Positions 15,623 to 30,051 of a stretch of DNA of 64,000 nucleotides are shown here, in pieces. A model generated the notes under the pieces. It was not told the DNA's origin and did not search any database. It worked only from the letters and a program-made list of their open reading frames with translations. Source of the stretch: Octopus vulgaris (lineage: Eukaryota); the NCBI GenBank assembly GCA_951406725.2, contig OX597836.1, positions 10,416,001-10,480,000 on the forward strand. The letters are read 5' to 3'. Each line of letters begins with the position of its first letter. Position 1 is the first letter of the stretch. A program made the translations under genes and the position numbers.

Positions 15623-16280
15623 GTATATGGTGTGTTGAACGTCCCCGTAACTTAGCGGTTCGGCGAAAGACACCGATAGAATAAGTACTCGGCTTACAAA
15701 GAATAAGTCCCTGGGGATCGATTTGCTCGACTATAAAGGCGGTGCTCCAGCATGGCCGCAGTCAAATGCCTGAAACAAGTAAAAGAGTAAAAGAGTAAAA
15801 GAGTGACTGTAGCCTCCCACCACCCCTTTTGTTTTTTGTTTTATTTAATTTTTTCTTTTTGTTTTTGTTTTTAGTTACTGATACCGTTGTTCCCTTCGCG
15901 AGTCGGTATGAAAGTAATTAACAGGTTTAAGCGGAGAGCATTGTTAGTATTTCATTGTTGAGGCTGCATGGAAGCGATTACATAAAACCCTGCTCGGAGC
16001 AGCTAACGGCTTGTTATGTTATGACAGATTTGACAAGAAATAAAATACTTCGCAATCTCCTTGTTATGTGGCAGTTGAACAAATAAAACATCAGGCGATA
16101 ATGAACCTATGTGAGGGCCACTACGTACGCATTCAATCTTCCAGAAATAGCAGCTAATTTTTTTTCCCCCCAAGGTACACTCTGTTGTTTTTTCTTTGTT
16201 TTAAAAAAAGAATTCCTTAAATCCGTTTTGATAATGTAATGGGCGCAGGCATAACTGTGTGGTTAAGAAATTCGCTTTGC
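14775..16280. repeat. Tandem segmental duplication, ~650-bp shared block
   Basis: 14775-15430 matches 15628-16278, including non-repetitive sequence. Confidence 0.9.
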
Positions 16281-16306
16281 GGCCAGATGGTTCGGGTTCA
16301 GTTCTG

Positions 16307-16405
<99 letters not shown>

Positions 16406-16414
16406 TATACATAC

Positions 16415-16496
<82 letters not shown>

Positions 16497-16660
16497 GTAT
16501 ATATATAGTTAATCCAAACAAGAAAGCACAAAAAAAACACAACAACGCGAGGACGTGGAACAAATAATATAGTATTATTGGACGCTCAGGAAAGAAGGAA
16601 AGAAGGAGGGTTTAACGTTTCGACCGGAGCTCTTCGTCGGAAACATAGGAGATGTATATA

Positions 16661-16744
<84 letters not shown>

Positions 16745-17257
16745 GTAATTGTATTTTTATTTTGTATTTTATTTTGTATTTTATTTTGTAATTTTATTTG
16801 TATCGTTTTTACGTCCTGTTTGTGTCACATTTTGTTCTTTCCTTGTTTTTACCCCTCTGCGAAGTAATTTCCTTTAATTTCTTCGCAGGAAGGGCTAGTT
16901 CGACGAGTCGTGTTCTGTCCTCACCTTCGAAACACGCTGGAGTTGAACTAGGGACAGCTGATGAAGGGGATTTTTCCTTGTGTAGTTAGTCTAGTACTCT
17001 GTTTTTTCTTTGTAAAAAAAAAGGTTCGTTCCATGCTTGTTTTTACGTTTTCGTTCTCGTTGAGTTCTGCGTCTATTTGTGGTGTCCTGTACTCACGTAT
17101 ATATATTTATATATGCATGTATATATACATGTAGATGTAGGTACGTACATATATGTATGTATGCATATATTTTATTTATTACACTATTGTATGACTGAGC
17201 GCCTTCGCGTCGATTCGATTCGATTCATTCCGTTTCGTTTCGTTTCTTCTCCCAGTA

Positions 17258-17305
<48 letters not shown>

Positions 17306-17314
17306 GCATACATA

Positions 17315-17800
17315 CAAGGTGTTTGCAAATCCAGTATCCGAGATACACTTTCAGTTTCATACCTATTATCACTGGAGCAACAGGATACACACCGAGCAAA
17401 GTATGGCTGAATTTTGGCATCTTGGGGAGAGAATGCAAATCCTTAATTCATACACTACAAATGACCACGATATCTGGGAGTATTAAAACCAGCACAACCT
17501 TCATGAGATTTAAAGATTGATGGTTAAAACAAGATGCTTTTCTTCATAATCTTGCCACCAAGAAGATAACAGGTCAATAGTTACTCTAAATTAAAAAGAG
17601 AAAGAAAACATACGTATATACAGTCGTTATTTTAACGAGATACATTCTGTAATCATCTGAAGAGACACATCTACACCGTCAGATACTCTTAAACAAGTTG
17701 TTAAGTATCCCACCCATGGGGGATCGATGCTAGATGTGTCGAAACAATTGTAGTGATTAATAAACATTCTCGTATCTTCCATCTTCCGTCTCTCTCTCAT
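17315..17800 (+). mobile_element. 5'-truncated R4/Dong-like non-LTR retrotransposon (end of RLE domain plus 3' region), followed by (CATA)n
   Basis: The translation LQIQYPRYTFSFIPIITGATGY...LIHTLQMTTISGSIKTSTTFMRFKD* resembles the C-terminus of restriction-like endonuclease ORFs (PIIxGAxG, SGxxKxxxTF). Microsatellites flank both ends. Confidence 0.6.
17650..17759 (+). ncRNA. Type I hammerhead ribozyme with a large branched loop on stem II
   Basis: Reads TAATCAT-CTGAAGA-GACACATCTA...TAGATGTGTC-GAAAC-AATT-GTA-GTGATTA. Stem I is 7 bp (one G-U), stem II is a perfect 10 bp, stem III is the palindrome ACAATTGT, and the cleavage triplet is GUA. Confidence 0.85.
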
Positions 17801-18494
17801 TATGCAAATACATACGCACATACATACATACACACACACATACATACATACATACATATATACATACATGCATGCATGCATGCATGCATGCATACATACA
17901 TACACACGTACATACATACATACATACATACATACACACATGCATGCATACATACATACATGCATGCATACATACATACATACATACATACATACATACA
18001 TACATACATACACACACACATACACACACACATACATACATACATACATACATACATACATACATACATACATACATACATACATACATACATACATACA
18101 TACATAGACATTTCAAGTTTTGCTTAGAAGCAATGCGCATTACCAGAATTTTCGACTCTAGCCAAATGCAATAAACAACTTCAAATCCTTGTTAGAGTCT
18201 CCGTGTGAATGGAGTCGGACCAGGCTAATATATATATATATTTCGAAACACGCATTGAGTCGAAGCAGGGGCAGCTGAAGAAGGGGAATATTCCTTGTAT
18301 TGCTTGTCTTCTACTCTGTTTTTTCGTTGTTAAATTTTATGTTTCCTTGTTTGATTTTATGTTTTCGTTTCTCGTTGTGTTCTACGTTTATTTGTGGTGT
18401 CCTGTACTCATATATGCATATATATATACATATAGATGTAGGTATGTACATATATGTATGTATGTATGCATATGTTTTATTTATTAAATTGTTA

Positions 18495-18537
<43 letters not shown>

Positions 18538-19053
18538 CATCAAGTCGAAGGTATTACGTAAAAGATGTATTTCCTCTTATATATATATCACGTAATGATC
18601 TGAAACGGTCATATTAAATACTTTCAAAATATCATTATTTAGCTTAACTTCATTATCATAATTGATATATACAGTATATATATATATACATATATATATA
18701 TATAAAATATATATATATATACATACATAAATATATGCATGCTCAAATAGAGGCATGTAGACAACACACACACACAGCCAAAGGTTCACTCAAGACTATC
18801 CCGCTATTCACACGCTTCTCATATTTGAGTGTGTGTGTTTGAGTATGTGTGTGCCTTCGTACGTGTGCGTGTGTGTTTGAGTGAGTGTGTGTGTGCATCT
18901 ATATCTATGTCTATATCTATCTATCAATCTCTCTACTTGTATACACACACACACATAAATATATGTCTAAGTGTGTGGCTTGTCTATGTGTTTGAGCATG
19001 CTTATGTATGTGTGTGTGTGTGTCTATGTGTGTGTGCATGACTATTGGTTTGA

Positions 19054-19116
<63 letters not shown>

Positions 19117-19195
19117 TATAATATTTATATAAAATACATACATATATATATGTGTATGTATATTTATATATACATGCATATTATATATATGTATG

Positions 19196-19292
<97 letters not shown>

Positions 19293-20023
19293 TGTATGTA
19301 TGTATGTATGTATGTATGTATGTATGTATGTATGTACACTCATACACCTATGTATACGAGGAAGTAAAACAAAATGTATTTAACTGTCAAACAGCGTCAT
19401 CTGTTGACAGAGCCGCGGGAAATTTATCTGAAATCTCTACGAAAAACAAACAAAACAAAAGCAAAAAATGAACAAAAACTACACTACAACACACACACAC
19501 ACACAGAGAGTGTATACATATACACCCATATATCGACTGCCAGGCTTGAGAGATAGTTATTCTAGTTCTAATATGAATATAAATATATTTTTGCAAATGG
19601 CGGCGGGAAGATAAACATGTTTTAGATTATTGATGTGAGAGACTGCATCAACTGTCACGTGCTAATGTGACCTTTGTTTTGAAATTTAGCAGAACACGGA
19701 ACAGAGTCTTCGATGCAACAAATAAAAATAAATAAATAAAATCAAATCAAATCAAAATAGATAAATAAATATTTAATGTATAAATAAATAAATAAATAAA
19801 ACAATTTTAAAACGAAAATAAACGATAATAAAATTACGTGACTTGCAGCCCCGTAACCAATGTATGTATGTATATATATACACACACATATGTGTGTGTA
19901 TGTGTGCGAGTTTTTGTGCATAAATATATATATGCATGTACACTTCAGTATTTGTGCGTGTGTGTATATATATATAAACATATATATATATAATATATAT
20001 ATACATATATACACATATATATA

Positions 20024-20093
<70 letters not shown>

Positions 20094-20243
20094 GTACATA
20101 CATACATGCATACATATATATATATAGGTATGTACGTATGTATGTATATATATATGTGTGTGTGTGTATATATGCATGTACACATATGTATTTAAGTATG
20201 TATGTATATGTATATATATATTTATATATACATACATACATAC

Positions 20244-20295
<52 letters not shown>

Positions 20296-20302
20296 GTATA
20301 TA

Positions 20303-20345
<43 letters not shown>

Positions 20346-20742
20346 GTATATATCTAAATACATATATTTATATTTATTTACATATATATATATAAGCATG
20401 TATAAATATATATTTACAAACATATGTGTCAGTGTATTTGTATATGTTTGTTTGTTTGTATGTGTGTGTGTGTGAGAGAGAGAGAGTGTATGTATGTGTG
20501 TGTGTGTGTGTGTGTGTGTCTGTGTGTGTGTGTGCGTATGTAAGGATCAAGCGTCGGATGAAAGATTGCACTTGAAAGATACTGGCTGACATTTTAACAT
20601 CATTAATAATTTAGTTGGAGTTAATATTAACAGCATCAACTAAATATGGCTTCGTGTGATAGAGTACAAACGAGATGTAGACAGGCAGAGACAGGCAGAC
20701 GGAGAATTAGAGAGGCAGAGAGACAGGCAGGCAGATAGATAG

Positions 20743-20821
<79 letters not shown>

Positions 20822-20900
20822 TGAGAGATAGATTGAGAGATAGACAGATAGATAGACAGATAGATAGAGATAGATAGATAGATAGACAGACAGATAGATT

Positions 20901-20962
<62 letters not shown>

Positions 20963-21914
20963 TATAGATAGATAGATAGATAGATAGATTGATTGAGAGA
21001 TAGAGAGACAGATAGATAGATAGATAGATTTATATATATAGATAGATAGATAGAGCGAGTGAGTAAATTCGTATCTGCTTTTAATTGTGTGAGTATACAT
21101 GCTTATGTGTGTGTGAGTGTGTGTGTTTGTGTGTGTGTGTGTGTGTATTTCGAATGAGTGCTTTCTGTTATTAATTATCGTTTAAATATTTCTCGTTTAA
21201 ACAGACTCCATAAAAAAGCAATAAAATACCGCTACGACGACGACGACGGCCGCGGTGACATCATCATCATCATCATCATGAACAAGAACAAAAACAACAG
21301 CAGCAGCAACTGCAACAACAACAACAACAACAACGATATCGTCTTTTGATGAAGTTTAATGGCCAAATTCGGTTGCTGGAACTGCGCACTCAAAAACATC
21401 GCCTTCATGCTCTTTATCGAGCATAAGTAATGATTAAAGGCGTTCTAGCCGTGGCCATCTATCCCGTGTTTCAATATATCAAGGCCCCAGGGAGTACAGC
21501 CTCAAGTGTATCTTTATTTAAGACCGTAAAATTGTGATTTGAGAGAGATTTAGCTGCTACTTCCAGCAGATCGAGCAATCCCGTAAAGTTTATTTCATCA
21601 ACTTTGTTTAACACCAGACTGAGCAGAACTATGATCAAAGACGTTCCAATTATGAACATCACTGCTCTCTCTGTGAAAGAGATTTGACTGTTATTTCCAG
21701 CAGATCAGGTGACCCAGTTGAGGTTTCTTTGATCACCTTCATGTTTGCTTAGCTCCAGTTGAATCCTGATTTACGAGGACGTAAACGCACCAACACCGGT
21801 TCTCTAGCTGTGGTGGGTGGACAAACACGGGCACAAAGACACACACACACATACTCATACACACACACACAGAAATATATATATACACACACACATATAT
21901 ATATATTAGTCGCA

Positions 21915-21964
<50 letters not shown>

Positions 21965-21965
<1 letters not shown>

Positions 21966-22172
21966 TTAATCCAAACAAGAAAACAAAAAGACAACAACGC
22001 AAGGATGTGGAACAAATAAAGTATTATTGGACGCTCAGGAAAGAAGGGAAGAAGGAGGGTTTGACGTTTCGAGCGGAGCTCTTCGTCGGAAACATAGGAG
22101 AAGGAAAGATCCAGAGAAGGGAAGACAGAGGGAAAAAATCTCCGGTGGTATTCACGAGGTCACATACTAAAA
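21965..22172 (-). mobile_element. Short (TA)n-embedded repeat with a minimal hammerhead-like motif (Penelope pLTR-like)
   Basis: The minus strand of 22059-22093 reads GTTT-CCGACGAA-GAGC-TCC-GCTC-GAAAC-GTC-AAAC. Copies lie at 16507-16652 and 57630-57798. Confidence 0.7.
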
Positions 22173-23429
22173 TATATATATATATATATATATGTTTATA
22201 TATTAATAACGGGCTTCTTTCAGTTTCCGTCTACCACATGCACTCACAAGGCTTGGGTCGGCCTGAGGCTGTAGTAGAAGACACTTGCCCAAGGTACCAT
22301 GCAGTGGGACTGAACCCGGAACCATTGGCTGAGAAGCAAGCTTCTTACCACATAGCAACGCTTATTATTATTATTATTATTATTAATTTTATTTTTAGAA
22401 AATGGTATTTAAGGAACATTTCATTCTGTCAGGTGAGTTAAACCGTTTCTTTGACTCTACGGCTGGGATTCTACGTAAGATTTTTGTGTTTTGTTTTTGC
22501 CTATGTTTTGGTTTCTTCCGTAAAAAAAAAACAGAAACCAACGAAACAAAACATGGCAAAAAAGAAACAAAAAAACACAACAGGAAGTAAAAACAAACAA
22601 CAAATAAAAAGTATTCTACGAACATTTTGGGAACAGCTGCTAAAATAAGTTGGATAACCTGCTCAACATGTAACACAAACTGATAGATATTTTTTTTCTT
22701 GGGTCATTTAGGGGCCAGGGGCCCCTCACAAACTACAAAATCTTCTGGCTAATAAAGAGAGACATCAACCATATGCCAAACAGTCCTGCCGTATAATCCC
22801 CGTAGCAGAATCTAATCTATTTATCTCTGGCACCTCCAGATGAGAGGTCGACTATAAGTTACAGAAGCTTACGTAGATTTAGAGGAGGGAATTATTGTTG
22901 CTATTTAGCCTAAGATCAGCCCGGATAGAATTCATCTTGAAGAAAAGGCATTGGCGGAACTATTATGTTTCGTCTTAAAACAACGTGTGATTTCCTTTTT
23001 AAGACAGGAAGACGGAAATTAAATGAGTTGAGAAAAGATTTGCCAGATTAAGCTGCTATTTTTAGCGGGCTAAGTGACCACTTAAAGGCTTGCCGCTAGT
23101 TTTCGTGTGAGTCTGTGTGTATGTGTGTGGTGTATATATGTGAGTCTGTGTATGTTTGTATGTGTGTGGTGTGTGTTTTGAACTATATCAGAAAATTGTC
23201 TCCAGCTATGACATAAAGGACTGTGTGGCAAGACACTTGTTTCCCAACCACAGGAGAAAAAGTTGTGGCGAAAGGGTACGGCAGGGATCGCCACCATCCC
23301 CTGCTGGAGCCTCGTGGAGCTTTTAGGTGTTTTCGCTCAATAAACACTCACAACGCCCGGTCTGGAAATCGAAACCGCGATCCTACGAGCGCTGGACCGC
23401 TGCCCTAACCAATGGACCATTGCACCCCC

Positions 23430-23588
<159 letters not shown>

Positions 23589-23603
23589 TACATATATATA
23601 TAT

Positions 23604-24022
<419 letters not shown>

Positions 24023-24027
24023 TGATC

Positions 24028-24063
<36 letters not shown>

Positions 24064-24339
24064 TGTGTGTGTTTGTGTGTGAAGGCGCATGGCTCAGTGG
24101 TTAGAGCGTCGATACAACAATTTTCAACAATAAAATATTATTCTTTACCCATCCTTCACATGCCAAAAGGATGATCACTCAATGTTCCAAAGAGTAATAA
24201 TAATAATAATAATAAAAAAAAACACCCACAAAAACGAAACGAAGGATTCATTTATTTTTCGTTAAATAAACATGGTAAGAAACGAATTCTTTAAGAACTC
24301 CCGTTTTTTTTTGTTTTTGACAGCTGCTCTTAGGAAACA

Positions 24340-24407
<68 letters not shown>

Positions 24408-24508
24408 CACCACCACCACCACTACTACTACTACTATTGCTGTAGCAGCTGCTGCTGCTGCTGCTGCTACTACTACTACTACTACTACTGCTTCTGCTGC
24501 TGCTGCTG

Positions 24509-24560
<52 letters not shown>

Positions 24561-24621
24561 CGCGACGACGACGACGACGACCACCACCACCACCAACACT
24601 ACCACAATAATAATTAATAAC

Positions 24622-24680
<59 letters not shown>

Positions 24681-24698
24681 GGAGAAGAAGAAGAAGAA

Positions 24699-25229
24699 TA
24701 CTAGGCAGTGGCTCTCACGGCTTCTGATCTTGGAAGTGTTATGTATATTGTTTTGTCTTGGTATAAAAGATGGGCTGCAGCAAATATTCTGCTCAATACC
24801 ACAGATTTGCTTGTCAGTTGCTTGACCTTAACCAGTTGAGCATGTCCCTTAGTGGCTGACGATATGTGCATCTCTGACTATGAGCAGAAGTAGTGGGGGA
24901 GCATCTTAGCTAGGTGTTGAGAGGAACTCTTTAAAGTTTGAATAATTTACCTCCGGAAACTTGGGTGTTTCGTTCAACATTCTTAAACAACCCTTATTCA
25001 GGGACCTTTTGAACAGGATGGACTACTCAACCTGAAGAAAATTCTGACTGGGCCCCACCTGCAAGGTCATGCACTGTTTATCTTGATATGAGATCACCAT
25101 ATCACGCACATATGGTTGTGATGCATGTGTCTGGTGTACCCTTATCAGACGAGTAGTTATGATGGGTATACTGGGCTTCGTATATTTTACCCCAGTGTCA
25201 CTTTGATGGCATGCACTGCTCTCTCACTC
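24699..25229 (+). mobile_element. (TAA)n-embedded interspersed repeat, copy 2
   Basis: Homologous to 1921-2386 and ends at the same point, CTCTC(T/A)CTC|AATAA. A diverged partial inverted copy lies at about 10170-10335. Confidence 0.8.
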
Positions 25230-26731
25230 AATAACAACAACAACAACAACAACAGCAGTTTCAAATTCTGCCACAAGGGCAGCAATTTTGAGAGAAGAGA
25301 CTGGTCGATTTCATCGACCCCAGTTTGCAACTGGTATTTAATTTATCGACCCCACCTCCAAAAGGATGAAAGGCAAAGTCGACCTCGGCGGAATTTGAAC
25401 TCAGAATAACGTGAAGACGGACGAAATGTCGCTGAGCATTTTGCCCGGCGTGCTAACGATTCAGCCAGCTCGTAACAACAACATGATCATCATCAACAAC
25501 AACAACAACAACAACAACAACAAACAGGAACAACAGCAGCAGCAATAATAATAATACCACCACCACCACCAACAACAACAAGGATTTCTTTTAGTTTTAA
25601 TAATAATAGCAACCACATCAACAACAACAATAATAATACCACCACCACCATCACCACCACCGCCACCACCACCACCAACAACAACACCAACAACAATGGT
25701 GTCTCTATTAACCAGACTGGACTGTCCCATTGTACAAACATGCTATATTAAAACCGGTTGCATCATATGGCGGAATGTACGCGTTCAATTAAGTGGGGGA
25801 GGGCAACGATCTTGATATTATATGAAAAACATGTTTAATAGTCGCAGACGATATAAAAACACGGAAACAAAGGCATCTTCCACAACGGGATGGAGAGCTA
25901 CATCTTGGGAGGAACAGGGCACTGAACAACTCTAACCGACTTCCGTCTCGGCCGCTCCTTATCCGCTTTCGACTGCGACCTACAAAGAGAAAATAATAAA
26001 AAAATTGGGGTCCGCTCACGTTGCGCCTGGCAGAATCGTTAGCACGCCGGGCGAAATGCGTGGCCGTATTTCGTCTGCCGTTACGTTCTGAGTTCAAATT
26101 CCGCCGAGGTCGACTTTGCCTTTCATCCTTTCGGGGTCGATAAATAAAGTACCGGTTACGCACTGAGGTCGATGTAATCGACTTAATCCGTTTGTCTGTC
26201 CTTGTTTGTCTCCTCTATGTTTAGCTCCTTGTGGGCAACAAAGAAATATATTTTTCATTTAACTTGCTCGAGACAGCGTTTCTTTCTTGAAGAAGAAGTT
26301 GGTGAGGATTTGGTAGGAAAAATAGAGTAATCTTCACAAACCTTTCAAATGTGTCCCAAACACACAATCTGCGTTCATAGCCACAAGACTTACGACCCAT
26401 CCTGCTTTGGAAAGGTTCGATCTTTAAGTGGAAATGAGTCGATAGCAAGATAAGTCCTATACGCAATCACAGCCGTCGACACAATAATAGGAGAACATTG
26501 ACCAATTCCTTAAGGATCGACTTAGTCGCTGTCTGCGCATCTCGGCTAGGGTCGGTTGACTGCAGTTTCGTATCTGCGAAGCATATTCTGTACTTCTGGA
26601 AGTTATCATTAGGTCCTGGATTGAAACTCCTTCGGAACTAATAATAATGATTATTATTATTCAACTAATTTTCATCGATACCCGACATCTCCAATACATC
26701 ATCTCTCATTTCCTCCCCTTACTTTCTTCAG

Positions 26732-27265
26732 AATGCTTGCGTGGAACGTTACATCCCTGACTGGTTGAAGATTGTAAGTGTCGAACAAGATTTCGAATGC
26801 CTGGCACTGAATCTTGATCTACGTTTGACCCAGGACTGCAATTCCATCACAAAGACGAGCTGTGTGGAAAGATATACTTGACAAAAGATGACCACATCTG
26901 CTCACCGTCTGGGAATCCCTGCAGATACTGTTGATACAGCAAAGCTCATACATGCGTGTAGTCAACCACGGCACACTGAGGACGTTTTGAAGCGAGTGCC
27001 CAAATGCTTGGCACTCAATCTTGATCTCCACTTGGCCGAAGACTGCAGTTCCGTTACAGAGACGTGCTGTGGAAAGATATGTTTGACAAAAGACGACTAC
27101 ATCTGCTCACCGTCTAAGAATCTCTGCAGGTACTAAAGACATAGCTCAGATCATACCTACGTGTCTTCAACCACGGCAAACTGAGGACCTCTTGCAGAGA
27201 GTGCCGACAGCGGATCGACCTTTTGTGCAGTGGGACGTATCCACTCTACAAGAGAAGAAAGTTCA
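26732..27265 (+). mobile_element. Decayed RTE-like LINE C-terminal fragment with a ~207-bp tandem duplication
   Basis: Two diverged units start at about 26798 and 27005. One frame reads LGRRLQFRYRDVLWKDM...TVWESL...RSY...NHG, similar to RTE ORF ends, with several stops. Confidence 0.45.
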
Positions 27266-27318
27266 ATAATAATAATAATAATATAGATATAGATATAAAT
27301 AAAAAGGCAGACAGATAA

Positions 27319-27386
<68 letters not shown>

Positions 27387-27570
27387 ACAGACAGGTAGAC
27401 AGGGAGAGAGAATGGCAGATAGACAGAGAGACAGAGAGAGACAGAGAGACAGATAGACAGACAGACAGATAGATAGCTAGATAGCTAGATAGAGAGGGAG
27501 AGAGAGAGAGAAAGAGAGAGCGACACACATACACAAACAGATAGATAGATAAATAGATAAATAGATAAAT

Positions 27571-27601
<31 letters not shown>

Positions 27602-28574
27602 CACACACACACAAATAGATAGATAGATAGATAACAATAATAGCAGTGACATTGATAATAATAATATTTTCTTATAAAGCAATGTTTTCGAGTAATTAGT
27701 CGTTCGTTAATACATAATCTTAAAAAAATAGCGCATGGCATGGAAGCGAGTTAACTAGGTACAAAAGGGGTGTGGTGATAGGGTTACGTGGCGCTGCAAC
27801 CAGGGACTGGGGACCGGGTAGGAGCGATGCTGTCTCTGTGTAATTGACAAGTGTTTTGTTAGCTTGCAGTTCCGGGGCTAAAGTCATCGTATTTTGCGGG
27901 TATTTTACAGGGGAAAAGTCATCTTATAATACAGTAGCATCCTTTAAGAAAACCAATGGAGGAGTTCCCAGAGTGCATTCGAAGAATTCTGACCGAAATA
28001 CGGCGGTGTAACCAGTATAATAGCTTCAAAAATGCGAAACACGCATGGAAGATCTGTTTTGCCGAGCGAGGGTTTATCAGTGCAATGTTGTGAGAGTCGG
28101 TTGTGGAGTATATAAGGACGTAGTCATTCAGTGGTTGTCTGCCCTTATCTTTGAACTTTGTTGTGAAAATAAATACGAGCTCTCTCGGCAATCGTCTTGT
28201 CGGATTAAAGATTGTTGTTATTCTGTTGGGAGACTATTTTGAAAGAATATAAGGGAGAGGTTCCTGTCTCTAGTTCATTCATGTATTTACTTACTCCTTT
28301 GCAATGTACGTATGTACATGTGTATGTATGTATGTATGTATGTATGTATGTATGTATGTATGTATGTATGTATGTATGTATGTATGTATGTGTGTGTGTA
28401 TGTATCTATGTATGTATGTATGTATGTATGTGTGTATGTATGTACGTATGTATGTATGTATGTATGTATGCATGTGTGTATGTATGTATGTATGTATGTA
28501 TATATGTATGTATGAATGTATGTATTGACGTATGGACGTATGTTTGTCTGTGGGTACATATGTTTTTATATAAG

Positions 28575-28606
<32 letters not shown>

Positions 28607-28882
28607 TGTATGTATGTATGTATGTATGTATGTATGGATGGATGTATGTGTATATATTTGTGTGTCTGTGTTTGTCCTTCCTAACATCGCTTGACAACTG
28701 ATGCTGATATGCTTACGTCCCCGTAACATAGCGGTTCGGCAAAAAGAAACCTGTAGAAATAAGTGCTAGACTTACAAACAACAAGAGCTGGAGGTCGATT
28801 TGCTCGACTAAATTCGTTGCCCCAGCATGGCCACAGTCAAATGACTGAAACAAATGACAGAGTAAAACTCTCTGTGTGTGTG

Positions 28883-28996
<114 letters not shown>

Positions 28997-29143
28997 GATA
29001 TGTGTAAAGACTCCTGCATACATGCATACAGCCGTACACATCTGTATGGTTCTTACATTCATTATATGTTCACAGATGTCTGGATATGCATTCCACAGAT
29101 TCTATGCCGATATACATCTTTATATATCTATGTACACACACAC

Positions 29144-29180
<37 letters not shown>

Positions 29181-29185
29181 TATAA

Positions 29186-29222
<37 letters not shown>

Positions 29223-29255
29223 GACATATATATATATATATACAATGTATAAATC

Positions 29256-29286
<31 letters not shown>

Positions 29287-29599
29287 GTATGTATGTATAT
29301 ATATTTGTATGTATGTATATATATATAAATATATGCACGCCCTCATAGTTGTATACACCATACAAGTGCTTGTTGCAGATGTAAATTATGGCTTCAACCT
29401 TCCATGATTAAAATATATGCATGACTATACATTCCTTATATGATATATATATATATATAGATGCGTGTGTATGTATATACGCATAAACATGTGTATACGA
29501 AAATATTTTTAGATACTTACAAGTATAAAGACTTGCGTACATACACTCATCTACACTTACATGCGTATAAATACACACGCATCCATTTTTACTTATACA

Positions 29600-29668
<69 letters not shown>

Positions 29669-29817
29669 ATATTATATAATATATATATATATATAAAATA
29701 ACATATGTATATATGATATATATATATATATGTATATATATGTGTGTGTGTTTGTGTGTATGTGTATATATATATATATATATATACATATATATACATA
29801 TATATACATATATATAC

Positions 29818-29912
<95 letters not shown>

Positions 29913-30004
29913 TGAAATTGATAGCCATGTGGTGAGTGGAGATGATTTATTCCCGTCTAAATCGTTGTTGTTAAAACGTTTTCTACACCATATATAACAA
30001 TGAC

Positions 30005-30051
<47 letters not shown>

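Noticed and set aside
26732-27265. Possible selenoprotein exon (polypyrimidine-CAG at 26731, TGA at the same position in both repeat units)
   Set aside because: A different frame fits an RTE-like LINE C-terminus better. The second unit is frameshifted, and no SECIS was recognised.
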